Shown in pieces: positions 1-11,348 of a stretch of DNA of 64,000 nt. The translations under genes were made by a program, and so were the position numbers. The notes under the pieces are model-generated. The model saw only the letters and a program-made list of their open reading frames with translations, had not been told where the DNA came from and did no database searches. Source of the stretch: an uncultured Bacteroidales bacterium (GTDB taxonomy: Bacteria > Bacteroidota > Bacteroidia > Bacteroidales > VadinHA17); assembly GCA_963736735.1 (NCBI GenBank), contig CAVTPX010000005.1, positions 159,932 to 223,931 of the forward strand, in the 5' to 3' direction. The stretch's first letter is position 1, and each line of letters opens with the position of its first letter.

Positions 1-744
1 AATTGCAATAATAAGGACCAGTGAAATGACGAAGGAGAGTTTCTTCTTGTCACCGTTTATAGCTCCGGCGGTGGCAATTGCCGCAGAGACCCCGCATATT
101 GAGACCGCACTTGCAAGCATTGTTGAGAACTCGTCGTCTACCTTCATTTTACGCGCAACCCAGAATGCGAAATACCATACCACAACAACCACTATGACTG
201 CCTGGATCAGTCCGAATGAACCTGCATTCATTATATCCCCGAACAGTATTGTGGCACCAAGCAGCACAAGACCTATCTTGACAAAAAGTTCGGTCTGCAC
301 CCCGGCACGAAGCCAGTCGGGCAGCCTGAAAACGTTGCCTATCAGAAGGCCGAGCAGCAGCGAAAAAAGAACTGTTTCAAGACCTAAATTCTTAAATACC
401 ATGTATGATGAAAGGAACTGGGCAAGAAATGCCAGAACACATATTGAAAGAAATCCCCAGAAGTATTTTTTCAGGGAATCGCCGCTGAGAAAAACACCGA
501 AGGCAGAGAAAGCTGCAAAGATCAAAAATGTTGTTAAAAGAGATATCCACAGGGGCGAGGAACTGAAAATGCTGATTACCCCCGACAGGCCGTTCCATCC
601 TGCTTTCCCGCCGAATGACGGAGCGCTGAAGGTGTCTCCGGCAAGAACCACAAATAAGATCAGGCCGAAACCAATGACTACTGAAGCCCAATCCTGTCCG
701 ATGTTCCATATCTTTTTTGCAGGAACTTCAATTTTTTCAGTCAT
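1..744 (-). CDS. YeiH/UPF0324-family integral membrane protein (3' end lies beyond the window start)
   Basis: This gene is absent from the ORF track because it runs off the window. Reverse-strand translation from the ATG at 742-744 gives MTEKIEVPAKKIWNIGQDWASVVIGFGLILFVVLAGD...MLASAVSICGVSAAIATAGAINGDKKKLSFVISLVLIIAI. It is multi-TM and has the ICG-x-SAAIA-type motif I associate with YeiH-like proteins. It is open and in frame all the way to position 1. Confidence 0.6.
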   Translation of the reverse strand, partial: MTEKIEVPAKKIWNIGQDWASVVIGFGLILFVVLAGDTFSAPSFGGKAGWNGLSGVISIFSSSPLWISLLTTFLIFAAFSAFGVFLSGDSLKKYFWGFLSICVLAFLAQFLSSYMVFKNLGLETVLFSLLLGLLIGNVFRLPDWLRAGVQTELFVKIGLVLLGATILFGDIMNAGSFGLIQAVIVVVVVWYFAFWVARKMKVDDEFSTMLASAVSICGVSAAIATAGAINGDKKKLSFVISLVLIIAI

Positions 745-902
745 AATTCGAAGTTTTAACCGGGTTAAGAGATAATTAAGTCTTGTTTATTTGAATCATG
801 CAAATATGATTACAGTTAAGAACTTAATTATGGGTATAAACTCGTATTTTATTGCTGTTGAATATGCTGAGTCTGAGAATCAGACCAAAAGAGGCTCTCA
901 GG

Positions 903-2777
903 TCAGTCCTGCCCGGTCACTGTAAGTGTCGTAACAGCTTTCCCTTTCGCTCCATCTGTGGTAAATCCCTCCACAAGAACTGTATAAATGCCTGTTTCAT
1001 CTGATGTGTAGAATTCGACTGAAGCCTTTCCCTGCTTATCGGTTCGGACATCGGGATTCCAGTAAAGGGTATTCCTGAAATCAGGAATGCGTGAGTCTTT
1101 TAATGCCGCGACCGAATAATCCGGAGATCTGAATGCCGCCTCCTGTTGCAGTGCTTCAAATTCCTGCCTGAAAACCGGTTTATCAAACACAGGCTCGGAG
1201 AGATTTCCGCTGACGGTGGTTATATCAATAATCCCGTCAATATATATTTTCGAAAAGATGTATCCGAAATTCAGAACGTCGACTTTTTCTATTTTGTCAA
1301 TACTTATAGCAAGCACTTTTTCATGATCCCACACCGGTACTCCGTCGACTATGACCAGGGGATTGGTGATTGTCACCTTGTCCTTGAACCTGAAAACGGA
1401 GTTGATGACTGTCTTGCCCTTTTTCCTGGTAGTGATTACTCCCGGAATAATCTCTTTTATGGCTTCCCGGAGAGAGGTCAGCCTGATAAAAGTTGACATC
1501 AGGGTGGAGTTATCCGGTCTGCCGTAAAAATCCTTACCCGGCAGAATTGCATTTTCAACTGTGTCTGAAGGGAAGGGTTCATAGATCCTCCTGACCTGCA
1601 TACTGATGACTGCATTGTTTATCTCTGTCAGCCTTGCCGTGTCAAGCCTGAACGGTACATGCGGAAGTTGACTGTATGATTCGGGGAAAGGATTATCAAG
1701 CTCGACATAATATTCATCGAGATCTCCTGACAGTGGCTGGATTACTGCTTCGCGGGTTCCGTGTTCCGTACATAAGAAATTAAAACGACCTGCAGTGTCT
1801 GTTGTGGTGAACCTGCAAAGAGCCGTCTTACCTACGAAGGAGAGCACAATACTTTCATTGCGGAGCGGCTCTCCGCTCATTGTATTCTTTATGGTACCGC
1901 ATATGAGATGACCGTCAGGCTCAGGCAGAAAAACAGGTTTCCCGTGCCTTGCATTAATGTTTAAACGGTCATCGTCTGCATCTGTAAAAGCAAACCGGTC
2001 ATTTTTGTCCGACAGGGAAAATGCTTTTGCCAGGGAGATCACCAGGTCACTTTCAACCGGTTTTCCGTCGGCGTCAGTTGCGGTGATGTCAATTTTTACT
2101 TTCTCCCTGCCATTATAGCTTGTCTTGTTAGTCCTGATACTTAAACTGACAGGTTCATAATTCCCTGGTCGTGCTGACATTTCCGCCTGCATCCCTTCCT
2201 CTCCGGTCAACAGCGTGTCAGTCGCGCCGGTCATATTTCCGGCAGGGACTTCCGGAGAAGTTATTCCGATATTGTCAGCCGGCTGAAAAGGATTTATGAC
2301 TGAGATACGGCTGTAGGAAAACAGGTCAGGTGAAAAATTTTTCATCCAGTTCGTACAGGCGGAGATGTAGTAATTTCCGGTACTGATTGTGTCAGGAAGA
2401 AGCAGCTGCCCGGAACCCGAGGAACCCGGGATCCACAGTTTTACCTGCACAACAGGGTTGTTAAGATTGTCAAGGAGACTCACATATACAACCCTGCTGA
2501 GGGTTGAAGGAGAATGAACGACACCGTTCAGGCAATATATCTTCATTAACACCTGCTCACCGGCGATGTAAACATCACGGTCGGTCCTGATATAAAGCTC
2601 TTCGGAATAATCGTGCCTGCCTGTGAATTCAGACACTCTGCCTGCTGACTGGGACAATAGTGCTGCCGGAAACAGTAACACTGTAACGGTCACTAATAAT
2701 GACTTCCTTAACGATTGTTTTATGTTGTTTTTTCTTTCTGTCATGCCGGGTGCGGTTAGAAAATCATTCCAGGTCAA
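903..2777 (-). CDS. Secreted hypothetical protein with an MG2/alpha-2-macroglobulin-like N-terminal region
   Basis: ORF of 624 aa with a signal-like segment LLVTVTVLLFPAALLSQSAG. The internal Met at 2744 is an alternative start. DRDVYIAGEQVLMKIYCL resembles the opening of an MG2-type beta-sandwich. No catalytic motif was recognised. Confidence 0.5.
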   Translation of the reverse strand: MTWNDFLTAPGMTERKNNIKQSLRKSLLVTVTVLLFPAALLSQSAGRVSEFTGRHDYSEELYIRTDRDVYIAGEQVLMKIYCLNGVVHSPSTLSRVVYVSLLDNLNNPVVQVKLWIPGSSGSGQLLLPDTISTGNYYISACTNWMKNFSPDLFSYSRISVINPFQPADNIGITSPEVPAGNMTGATDTLLTGEEGMQAEMSARPGNYEPVSLSIRTNKTSYNGREKVKIDITATDADGKPVESDLVISLAKAFSLSDKNDRFAFTDADDDRLNINARHGKPVFLPEPDGHLICGTIKNTMSGEPLRNESIVLSFVGKTALCRFTTTDTAGRFNFLCTEHGTREAVIQPLSGDLDEYYVELDNPFPESYSQLPHVPFRLDTARLTEINNAVISMQVRRIYEPFPSDTVENAILPGKDFYGRPDNSTLMSTFIRLTSLREAIKEIIPGVITTRKKGKTVINSVFRFKDKVTITNPLVIVDGVPVWDHEKVLAISIDKIEKVDVLNFGYIFSKIYIDGIIDITTVSGNLSEPVFDKPVFRQEFEALQQEAAFRSPDYSVAALKDSRIPDFRNTLYWNPDVRTDKQGKASVEFYTSDETGIYTVLVEGFTTDGAKGKAVTTLTVTGQD

Positions 2778-3986
2778 TCCAGAAATCCGGTTTATGCAGG
2801 CTGCCGGTCATGGTGCAGTCAGCACAATAATTGTCAACGAAGATCAGTGCTTTAAGAGCCTGGGTCATTTCATCTCTTTGGGGACCGATAAAAGTAAGAT
2901 TCAGGCTTGTATAATAACTGTACACCATGTTGAAGGTCATCGGAGGTACGGAATTTGGAAAGTCGGCAGGTGATGACAAATATCAGCTCGCAGGGATACC
3001 TGTAGAGTTTAATGTCAAGATTCCGGACATCAGTTTCTTGTAATATAGATCCGTTTCCGGCTTACCGAGGAGACCTGGAAATATCCCAGGACCTTTTCTT
3101 TGGGATCGCTGACACTGTGAATGTTTGTCAATTACCGGGAAAGGCTGTTTGTCGAAAATATCTCCGCCGCTCTCATTTATCTGCTGCATCTGATCCCAGA
3201 ATTCATATTCATTTTCAGACAGGGAAAGCTGACTGATCTCGATACAGTACTGGATCAGAAGCCGGTTTGATTCCTCTGAAGCGATGAAAAGCACCGGTTT
3301 CTTTATAAAGTCGCCGTCTGTGCCTGTTTCACGCGATTGAATATTATATTTCGTCTGATTTGTTAGATTTCCAGCATGTTACATTGGCAAACGGTATCTG
3401 ATAGATATTGTTCTCGGTCAATGTAGACATACCCTTTAGGGTAGGGAATACTGAACTTCCACCACTCTTCATATTTATACCGGAAGTACCTGCTGTCAGT
3501 CGCGCCTTTCGAATCGGCATAAATTCTCAGGCCTTCCACAATCTCTCCGTCATCACGTGTCACCCTGTCGCTGGCGTAGGTTACAGTGTCTATGTCACGG
3601 CCTCCGTACAATGTTGACGGGTCTGATTCATATTCTTTGCCGTCGGAGGTCCTTATATGAAGTGTATAGGACCTGCCCGGACTACCGGTAAATGCGGTGC
3701 TGTCAGACTTATACAGTCCGGCGAGTATTTCGGTGAACACCCCTGTATTGCCCAGATTATCCGTTACCGAGACCTGGGCACCGGTGACCGCATCCGGTGT
3801 TTCACGCGGAGTTTCAGTTGTCCGGGAAAGCTTTATGAAGTAGGAAGAATTTTCGTCTGTAACGAGGGCATCCACTACGAGGAGATTCTGATAATTGTCG
3901 ATATGCGGATTATACGGGTCTATACAGGTCAGCATGGAAAAGGCCACAAACAAAAAAACCGGAATTATTACCCGCTTTATTTTCAT
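2764..3986 (-). pseudogene. DUF4249-family lipoprotein, disrupted (frameshifts plus an in-frame TGA), or an assembly error
   Basis: Three collinear pieces make up this gene. Piece 3363..3986 begins MKIKRVIIPVFLFVAFSMLTCIDPYNPHIDNYQNLLVVDALVTDE, the lipoprotein-type opening typical of DUF4249. Piece 2983..3294 contains ENEYEFWDQMQQINESGGDIFDKQPFPV. Piece 2764..2979 ends CADCTMTGSLHKPDFW. Pieces 2 and 3 share a frame and are separated by TGA at 2983-2985. Pieces 1 and 2 are offset, and a short intermediate reading (TCWKSNKSDE) suggests two successive +1 shifts near 3330-3375. Confidence 0.6.
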
Positions 3987-4172
3987 GCCTGCTCAGGATA
4001 TTTAATATTCACCGTTACAACCGTTTTTCCGGAAGTAACAAAAATAATATTATTGGAAGCCGATTTCCCAAACCAGGGCAAATAATTATTTTATTGTAAA
4101 AATGGTCCCGGTATTCTGATCCTACGGATAAAATTTGTTATTTCGGTCTTTGTATTCCGGCGCATTATTCGA

Positions 4173-4946
4173 ATGGTAAAATTTTTGACTCTATTATTCC
4201 TTTTTGCAGCTTCATCAGAGTTATTGTCACAACAGACAACTTCACTGAGAAGGGCTGACAACAGCGCGCTTACGGCCTTGCTTGTAAAAGAACAGAAGAA
4301 ATATCTTGACAGCCTGTACCTTTACAGCACGGGAGCCTGGAGTGACGTGGTAAACGGCAGGGATTACATTCGCTATTTTTTCAGATCCACTGATAAACCC
4401 CTTCTCCGTTCTGAAGAGGGGCGGACTGCTTCTCTTGTATTCAAGGAGAGAAAATACGAAGACCTGCCACTGCAATATGATACTTATACAGGTGAGGTAA
4501 TATACACTGACAACAAACTGATACTGAACAACAAGATATGTGAGGTAGCACTTAACAGTGACAACATCAGCAGGTTTGACCTGTTCTTCAGGCATGACAC
4601 GATGACTTTCAAATACTTCAGAGATGAGCCTGCCTTTAACCTTGAGGAGGGCTTTTATGAGGTAGTTCATGACGGAGAATGCAAGTATATTATCAGGCAC
4701 ATATCTACACTTTACCTGTCAGATGGCCTGGAAAAATACCCCTATACTCCTGAAAGTTATATCAGGGTTGCGGATGAGTATGAAAAGATTGTATCAACGA
4801 CTCAATTCTTTAAACTGTTCGGTGACAGTTCAGATGCTATAAGGCAGTATATGCGCAGAGAAAAAATCAGGCTTCGAAAGGCTGATAAGCACCAGATAAC
4901 GGATATTTTAAAATTCTATGAGCGGCTCCACGTACAGGCCGGGTAG
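4173..4946 (+). CDS. Hypothetical secreted protein
   Basis: ORF of 257 aa with an N-terminal signal peptide (MVKFLTLLFLFAASSELLSQQ). It overlaps the start of the downstream TonB-dependent receptor by 29 nt, which suggests an operon. No family was recognised. Confidence 0.5.
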   Translation: MVKFLTLLFLFAASSELLSQQTTSLRRADNSALTALLVKEQKKYLDSLYLYSTGAWSDVVNGRDYIRYFFRSTDKPLLRSEEGRTASLVFKERKYEDLPLQYDTYTGEVIYTDNKLILNNKICEVALNSDNISRFDLFFRHDTMTFKYFRDEPAFNLEEGFYEVVHDGECKYIIRHISTLYLSDGLEKYPYTPESYIRVADEYEKIVSTTQFFKLFGDSSDAIRQYMRREKIRLRKADKHQITDILKFYERLHVQAG

Positions 4947-7731
4947 CCGGATCAGATATTGGCTGATTGCCGGATTATTCTTCATATCCGTTATTGGCTC
5001 CTATGCACAGGATAACAGGCTTACTCTCAAATTTGACAGTATTGCTTTCAGAGATCTCGTCGACACTCTTGAAAGGAGAGTCCCCTATAAATTCTATTAT
5101 GCAAATGAGTGGTCTGACAGTCTTTATCTGAATGTGAATTCGTCAGATGTCACATTTGAAGAGCTCCTGAACCGGGTTCTCAAACCTGCAGGCTTCTCTT
5201 TCATAATCACCGGTGACAACAAGGTCATTCTTTCGAAAGGTTCCTCTGTAAAGACGAATTTTCGTGAAGAATACATGGGGTTGCTTGAGGTTAACAGGAA
5301 AAAAGGGGAAGCTCAGGATTTTGTACCACCGGCTGTAAAGGAGAAAGAAAGTGCAATAAGTGACGAGTACAGGATATTCAGGATCGGACAGCCTGCAGCA
5401 GGACAAAATTCATCCAATGCCGTTTTATCCGGGAGAGTTGTCAGCATCGAAGACGGCAAAGGTGTCAGCGGTGTCATTGTCTATATAGAAAAGCTGAAGA
5501 TGGGAGCAATGACAAACGATGCAGGTTATTATTCGGTCATTCTTCCCAAGGGACAATACAGGGTAGAATACAGGATGATCGGCATGCAGACTGCCAGACG
5601 CAATATAGTTCTTTATTCCGGCGGAACACTGAATATTGACATGAACGAAAGCACCAGCGAGGTTGAAGCGGTAGTGATCACTGGCAACCGGAGCAATCTT
5701 GTGCGTGATGTCAGGACCGGCATCGAGAAAATAAATATTAAGATGCTGAAGCAGATCCCAATGGGACTGGGGGAGGCAGATGTTTTAAAGAGTTCTCTGC
5801 TTTTGCCGGGGGTGCAGACTGTAGGGGAAGCCTCGGCCGGTTTTAATGTACGCGGGGGAAGCACAGACCAGAACCTTGTCTTCCTGAACAATGCGCCTAT
5901 ATTAAACACATCCCATTTCTTCGGTTTCTTTTCTGCATTCAATTCAGACCTTGTTTCCGATGTGACCCTTTACAAGAGCGGAATGCCTGCAAAATTCGGA
6001 GGCAGGCTCTCATCGGTTATGGATATTGCCCCTGCTGAAGGCAATAAGGAAAAAATAAATGTAAGCGGAGGGATTAGCCCTGTCACAGGCAGGATAATGG
6101 TGGAGGGTCCGCTTGACAAAATAAACGGCACATTTATACTCGGAGGCAGGGCAACCTACTCCGACTGGATACTGGGACTCCTTAAGGACTTCAGGCTCAG
6201 GAACAGCAAAGCAGGTTTTTATGACCTTCAGGGGATGATTAAAAGTGAGGTCAATGAAAAAAACAGCATCTCCGTGTCAGGATATTTCAGCAATGACAAA
6301 TTTGACTATTACAGGGAACAGGCTTTCAACTACGGTAACCTGGCATCAACCCTGAAATGGGAACACTCATTTAACCAGAAACTGTCGGCACAGTTCTATG
6401 CCATTTTAAGCAATTACAGGTACCGGTCAGCAATGAATCAGGATTCTACCTTGTTCAGCTCAGTGGGTTATGAATTCAATCAGAAGATACTTCGCGCTGA
6501 TTTCTTATACTATGCAACCTCCAGACACAAGCTCGAATTCGGAATTGACGCCACATATTACTCACTCAGTCCCGGAATCAGGGAACCGGTAGGGGAGTAC
6601 TCCCTTGTAATCCCCAAAGTGCTGGAAAGGGAACGTGCTGCCGAACCATCGCTCTATTTCAGTGACGAGTTCGAGGTATCGCCTCTTTTGACGGTTTCGG
6701 GAGGTTTACGTGCCACTCTCTTTACGGCTTTCGGTCCAAAAACAGAGTTTCGGTACAACGAAGGAGTTACAAGGTCCGAAGGAAGTATAACTGACACTGT
6801 CAGTTACCGCAGGGGTGAGATTTTAAAAATGTATCCGGGCCTGGAGTACAGGCTCTCGTCGCGCGTGATTGTCACTCCGGAACTATCCTTAAAACTGGGG
6901 ATGCAGAGAGTTTATCAGTACATCCATATGATATCCAATACTACGTCGATGTCACCTACTGACATCTGGACGCTCAGTGACCGGTATATAAGGCCCCAGC
7001 GGAGTGACCAGCTGTCGTTGGGGGTATACGGCAACTTCGGAAGGAAGGCGATTGAAACTTCGGCAGAAGCCTATTACAAGAAACTTAAGAATATTCTTGA
7101 TTATAAAGGCGGGGCCACTCTGCTGATGAACGAACATCTTGAAACTGATGTAATCAGCGGGAACGGCAAAGCCTACGGTGTCGAACTAATGGTGAAAAAG
7201 CAATACGGGTCTTTCACAGGGTGGATAAGCTACACCTATTCGAGGATTCTCCTGAAAGTCGACGGGCCCTACAGTGTCGAGAAAGTGAACGGCGGAGAAT
7301 ATTTCCCTGCAGATTTTGACAAACCTCATGACCTTAAGATTGTCTCGAATTCAAAACTATCCAGGAGATTTAACCTGACAACTAATTTTGTTTATAATAC
7401 CGGGAGACCGATTACATATCCTGTTGCGTTTTACGGTTTCAACAATGCAAACCGTGTATACTATTCAAACAGGAATGAATACCGCATACCAGACTATATA
7501 AGACTGGACCTTGCTGCAACTATAAACGGAAACCTGAAGGCTAAGAAACTCAACCATTCCTCGTTCACTTTTACTGTTTACAATGTTCTTGGAAGAAAGA
7601 ATCCTTACTCGATATTCTTCAGAACTGAGGAGGGGGAAATAAAAGGTTATCAGATGACAATTTTCAGTCAGCCCATCTTCATGGCGTCATATAGTTTCAG
7701 GATACGCGGGAATGCTACGGGCGATTTCTGA
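4918..7731 (+). CDS. TonB-dependent receptor (carboxypeptidase-regulatory-like domain + plug + beta-barrel)
   Basis: 937 aa with a signal peptide. The CarboxypepD_reg-like stretch is GRVVSIEDGKGVSGVIVYIEKLKMGAMTNDAGYYSV. The plug motif is GEADVLKSSLLLPGVQTVGEASAGFNVRGGSTDQNLVFLNNAPI. A long barrel follows and ends in a terminal aromatic residue (...NATGDF). Confidence 0.85.
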   Translation: MSGSTYRPGSRIRYWLIAGLFFISVIGSYAQDNRLTLKFDSIAFRDLVDTLERRVPYKFYYANEWSDSLYLNVNSSDVTFEELLNRVLKPAGFSFIITGDNKVILSKGSSVKTNFREEYMGLLEVNRKKGEAQDFVPPAVKEKESAISDEYRIFRIGQPAAGQNSSNAVLSGRVVSIEDGKGVSGVIVYIEKLKMGAMTNDAGYYSVILPKGQYRVEYRMIGMQTARRNIVLYSGGTLNIDMNESTSEVEAVVITGNRSNLVRDVRTGIEKINIKMLKQIPMGLGEADVLKSSLLLPGVQTVGEASAGFNVRGGSTDQNLVFLNNAPILNTSHFFGFFSAFNSDLVSDVTLYKSGMPAKFGGRLSSVMDIAPAEGNKEKINVSGGISPVTGRIMVEGPLDKINGTFILGGRATYSDWILGLLKDFRLRNSKAGFYDLQGMIKSEVNEKNSISVSGYFSNDKFDYYREQAFNYGNLASTLKWEHSFNQKLSAQFYAILSNYRYRSAMNQDSTLFSSVGYEFNQKILRADFLYYATSRHKLEFGIDATYYSLSPGIREPVGEYSLVIPKVLERERAAEPSLYFSDEFEVSPLLTVSGGLRATLFTAFGPKTEFRYNEGVTRSEGSITDTVSYRRGEILKMYPGLEYRLSSRVIVTPELSLKLGMQRVYQYIHMISNTTSMSPTDIWTLSDRYIRPQRSDQLSLGVYGNFGRKAIETSAEAYYKKLKNILDYKGGATLLMNEHLETDVISGNGKAYGVELMVKKQYGSFTGWISYTYSRILLKVDGPYSVEKVNGGEYFPADFDKPHDLKIVSNSKLSRRFNLTTNFVYNTGRPITYPVAFYGFNNANRVYYSNRNEYRIPDYIRLDLAATINGNLKAKKLNHSSFTFTVYNVLGRKNPYSIFFRTEEGEIKGYQMTIFSQPIFMASYSFRIRGNATGDF

Positions 7732-7819
7732 TTGCCTGACTTGCCAGTTTACCGCTAACTTTTATTAGTCAGAGAGGGTGACCTGAAAAAAAAGTATTGC
7801 AGAACATAATATTTTTAAT

Positions 7820-7840
7820 AAAGTGTATATTGTACATTTA
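7820..7840. promoter_or_regulatory. Candidate operator site A (AAAGTGT-N7-ACATTTA), ~100 nt upstream of the symporter/ara operon
   Basis: The sequence is aataAAGTGTatattgtACATTTa. It is one of six intergenic sites sharing GTGT-N7-ACA(C/T) with a conserved (A/T)AA prefix. Confidence 0.5.
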
Positions 7841-7938
7841 AAATTTGTTTTATCTTGCTAGCGAATTGTTATACTTTTAACAGCTGATCGTAGAATTCTT
7901 GGAGCTTACTATTATACAATAACCAAAAACTAACTAAT

Positions 7939-9820
7939 ATGCTCGCATTAGACTGGATTGTTCTCGGATTGTTCTTTTTGGGTTTGATTGGCATCATTGT
8001 CTGGGTGCTGATGCAAAAAGAAGCAACAACTACTGATTATTTTCTTGCTGGAAAGGATGCAGGATGGCTGTCAATCGGTTCCTCGATATTTGCCTCCAAC
8101 ATTGGTTCTGAGCATCTTGTGGGTCTTGCCGGCGCAGGTTTTATCAGCGGAATGGCAATGGCGCACTGGGAAATGCATGCCTGGTTGATTCTGGTTCTCG
8201 GATGGGTTCTTTGTACCTTTTTATGACAGGATCAAGGTGTTTACGATGCCTGAATTCCTCGAAAGAAGGTTTTCCTCCGGATCCCGCTCCGTACTTTCAG
8301 TAATTTCACTGGTATCTTATGTCCTTACGAAAGTTGCGGTAACGGTTTATGCGGGTGGTGTAGTCTTTAAGACCGTATTCGGAATTGATGAGATATGGGG
8401 ATATAGATTTCTTCTGGTTCAGTGCAGTGGGTCTTGTTGTAATCACAGGGTTATATACAATTTTTGGCGGAATGAAAGCCATATTGTACACCTCTGTTTT
8501 GCAGACACCGATACTGCTCATAGGTTCGATTGTTATTCTCGTAGTTGGCTTAATAAAAGTAGGAGGATGGGTTGAGGTTGAACGATTGGTAGGTTCCAAT
8601 ATTCATCTTGTCAGGCCTGCATCCGATCCTGAGTTCCCGTGGACTGGAGTATTGTTCGGATCAGCGATAATTGGCTTCTGGTACTGGTGCACCGATCAGT
8701 TTATTGTGCAACGTGTTTTGTCGGGCCGGAATCAGCAGCAAGCCCGAAGGGGAGCTATTCTGGCTGGTTATTTCAAACTGCTGCCGGTATTTATTTTCCT
8801 GATTCCCGGAATGGTTGCCTATGCATTGAATCAGAAAGGCTTGTTAATGGTTGAAAGCAGCGATTCAGCATTTGCCGCAATGGTTGCCCAGCTTCTTACC
8901 CGCCGGTGTGACTGGTGTTGTTGTCTGCGGGTTGCTGGCTGCTCTTATGAGCTCGCTGGCATCTCTGTTTAACTCCTCCTCTATGCTCTTCGTCGAAGAC
9001 TTCTATAAAAAGATGCGGCCTGAACAGGGATGAAAAACATTATCTGACGGTAGGCCGTATAGCTACAGCAGTAGTAGTTGTACTGGGTGTTGTCTGGATC
9101 CCGGTGATGCTTGGACTCGGGAAAGTCTTATATGAATACCTCCAGGGTGTCCAGGGATTGCTGGCACCGGCTATTGCATCAGTATTTCTGCTTGGAGTAT
9201 TCTGGAAGAAGATGAACGCCAAGGCTGCTCTTTGGGGAATGATTACAGGATTCAGCATAGGCATGTTCAGATTGATTTTAAACGTTGTATACGGAACCAA
9301 GGCAGCACTGATTACAGGTTGTGAGAAAGCTATCCAATCAATTAACAATGCAACCGATGCGTCTCTCAAGCAGGTACAGGAAGTGGTTCATTCCCTCAGC
9401 GATAAAATTACCACGGTGGCCGGTGCTGCAGGTACCCAGGCCAGAGAGTCAGTTGAGACTGCAAATGCATTGCTGTCAGCCGGTCTGACACCTGAATCAA
9501 AGAATCAGGCGGTACAGCTTATTTCACAGGTAAAAGAGAGCTATAACCAGATGTTCCTTGAGCAGTCAGGATTATTATTCCGGATAGCATCCATCAACTG
9601 GCTGCACTTCTGCGTAATTCTGTTTCTTATCTGTATTGCAACAATGGTTGGAATCAGCCTTACAACGGCTCCTCCGTCTGCATCAAATTTACAATATACC
9701 TACGCAGCCGCTACACTGGCTGATAAAAAGGCGACCAGGGCAAGCTGGAACAAATGGGATGTCATTCATACTGTCATAATATTAAGTATAGTAGTTGCTT
9801 TCTACATTTATTTCTGGTAG
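7939..9820 (+). pseudogene. Sodium:solute symporter (SSS/SGLT family), broken by four +1 frameshifts (or sequence errors)
   Basis: The collinear fragments are 7939..8226, 8237..~8400, 8385..~8895, 8851..9033 and ~9040..9820, in frames 1,2,3,1,2. Joined, they read as a typical SGLT: DYFLAGKDAGWLSIGSSIFASNIGSEHLVGLAGAG ... FTMPEFLERRFS ... WYWCTDQFIVQRVLSGRNQQQARRGAILAGYFKLLPVFIFLIPGMVAY ... PAGVTGVVVCGLLAALMSSLASLFNSSS ... LLAPAIASVFLLGVFWKKMN. Confidence 0.8.
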
Positions 9821-9857
9821 AAAAATCTGAATATTAATCATTAACTGTAATTAAAAG

Positions 9858-11348
9858 ATGAAAAACATAAATAGTGAACTTTGGTTTGTGACTGGCAGCC
9901 AGCATCTTTATGGTGAAGAAACACTTAAGCAGGTTGCGGCAGACTCAAAGGCTATTACTGCAGCTCTGGACAAAGCCGAAGCTATTCCCACAAAGGTTGT
10001 ATTCAAACCGGTACTTACAAACTCTGATGCAATTACTGCAATTTGCCTCGAGGCAAACAGCTCTCCGGAGTGTGCCGGTCTCATTGCATGGATGCATACC
10101 TTTTCTCCGGCAAAAATGTGGATTTCAGGCCTCAAAAAGCTCAACAAACCCTTGCTGCACTTCCATACCCAGTTTAACCGTGACATTCCATGGTCAGAAA
10201 TAGATATGGACTTCATGAACCTGAACCAGGCAGCACACGGCGACCGTGAGTTCGGTTACATATGTTCACGCCTTCGCATTGACCGAAAGGTGGTTGTCGG
10301 GCACTGGCAGGACAAGGAGGCACTGGCTTCAATAGGAGTGTGGGCACGTGCAGCAATGGCTGCACTTGACGCCCGCTCCCTTAAAGTAGCCCGCTTCGGT
10401 GATAATATGAGGGATGTGGCTGTAACTGAGGGAAATAAAGTCTCTTCTCAGATCAGGCTTGATTACCAGGTACAGGGTTATGGAGTTGGTGATCTTGCAG
10501 ATGCGGTATCAAAAGTGTCTGATAAACAGGTTGCACTTCTTGTAAAACAATATGGTGACGAATATAAAGCCTCAGCCAAAGTGCTCTCTGCAACCTCAGT
10601 AAAAGAGGCAGCCCGCATTGAGATCGGCCTTCGCACATTCCTGGATAATGGCGGATTCAAAGCCTTTACAACCACTTTTGAAGACCTGCACGGGATTGTT
10701 CAGCTACCCGGCCTTTCTGTTCAGCGCCTTATGGCTGACGGCTACGGCTTCGGCGCTGAGGGCGACTGGAAGACTGCAGCACTGCTTCGTTCAATGAAAG
10801 TTATGGCCAAAGGGCTTAAGGGAGGTACTTCATTCATGGAAGACTATACTTACCACCTTGATCCTAAGAAAATGGCTGTCCTCGGTGCTCATATGCTGGA
10901 AGTCTGCCCTTCTATTGCTGACGGAAAAACCTCTCTGGAGGTACATCCGCTTGGCATAGGAGGCAAAGATGATCCGGCAAGACTTGTCTTTAAGACGAAA
11001 CTAGGGAAGGCGCTGAATGCATCACTCATTGAGCTGGGTGACCGTTTCAGGCTGGTTGTTAATACCCTTGAAGTCATTGAATGCCCGCCTATGCCCAAAC
11101 TGCCTGTTGCAAGCGTACTTTGGAAACCACTGCCTGATATGAAGAGTGCCGCAACAGCATGGATCTATTCCGGCGGAGCCCACCATTCAGGATTCAGTCA
11201 GGCTCTTACTGCTGAGCACATGTCTGATTTTGCAATGATATCCGGAATTGAGTTTATTCTTATTGATGAGAATTGTGTTGTTGAAGATCTGAAGAAAGAA
11301 CTCAGGTGGAATGATCTCTATTATCACATCAATAAAGGTCTATGTTAA
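9858..11348 (+). CDS. araA: L-arabinose isomerase
   Basis: 496 aa. The N-terminus [20 protein letters not shown], the overall length and the context next to araD/araB are typical of AraA. Confidence 0.95.
   Translation: MKNINSELWFVTGSQHLYGEETLKQVAADSKAITAALDKAEAIPTKVVFKPVLTNSDAITAICLEANSSPECAGLIAWMHTFSPAKMWISGLKKLNKPLLHFHTQFNRDIPWSEIDMDFMNLNQAAHGDREFGYICSRLRIDRKVVVGHWQDKEALASIGVWARAAMAALDARSLKVARFGDNMRDVAVTEGNKVSSQIRLDYQVQGYGVGDLADAVSKVSDKQVALLVKQYGDEYKASAKVLSATSVKEAARIEIGLRTFLDNGGFKAFTTTFEDLHGIVQLPGLSVQRLMADGYGFGAEGDWKTAALLRSMKVMAKGLKGGTSFMEDYTYHLDPKKMAVLGAHMLEVCPSIADGKTSLEVHPLGIGGKDDPARLVFKTKLGKALNASLIELGDRFRLVVNTLEVIECPPMPKLPVASVLWKPLPDMKSAATAWIYSGGAHHSGFSQALTAEHMSDFAMISGIEFILIDENCVVEDLKKELRWNDLYYHINKGLC

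Noticed and set aside
26-775. 249-aa + strand ORF (MTKESFFLSPFIAPAVAIAAETPHIE...)
   Set aside because: The sequence is low-complexity, T/P/S-rich and not protein-like. The opposite strand encodes a convincing multi-TM YeiH-like protein that is in frame across the whole region, so this ORF is its antisense shadow.
2983-2985. In-frame TGA in the DUF4249 gene as selenocysteine or another recoding event
   Set aside because: The family is not a known selenoprotein, there is no adjacent stem-loop resembling a bacterial SECIS, and the gene also carries frameshifts.
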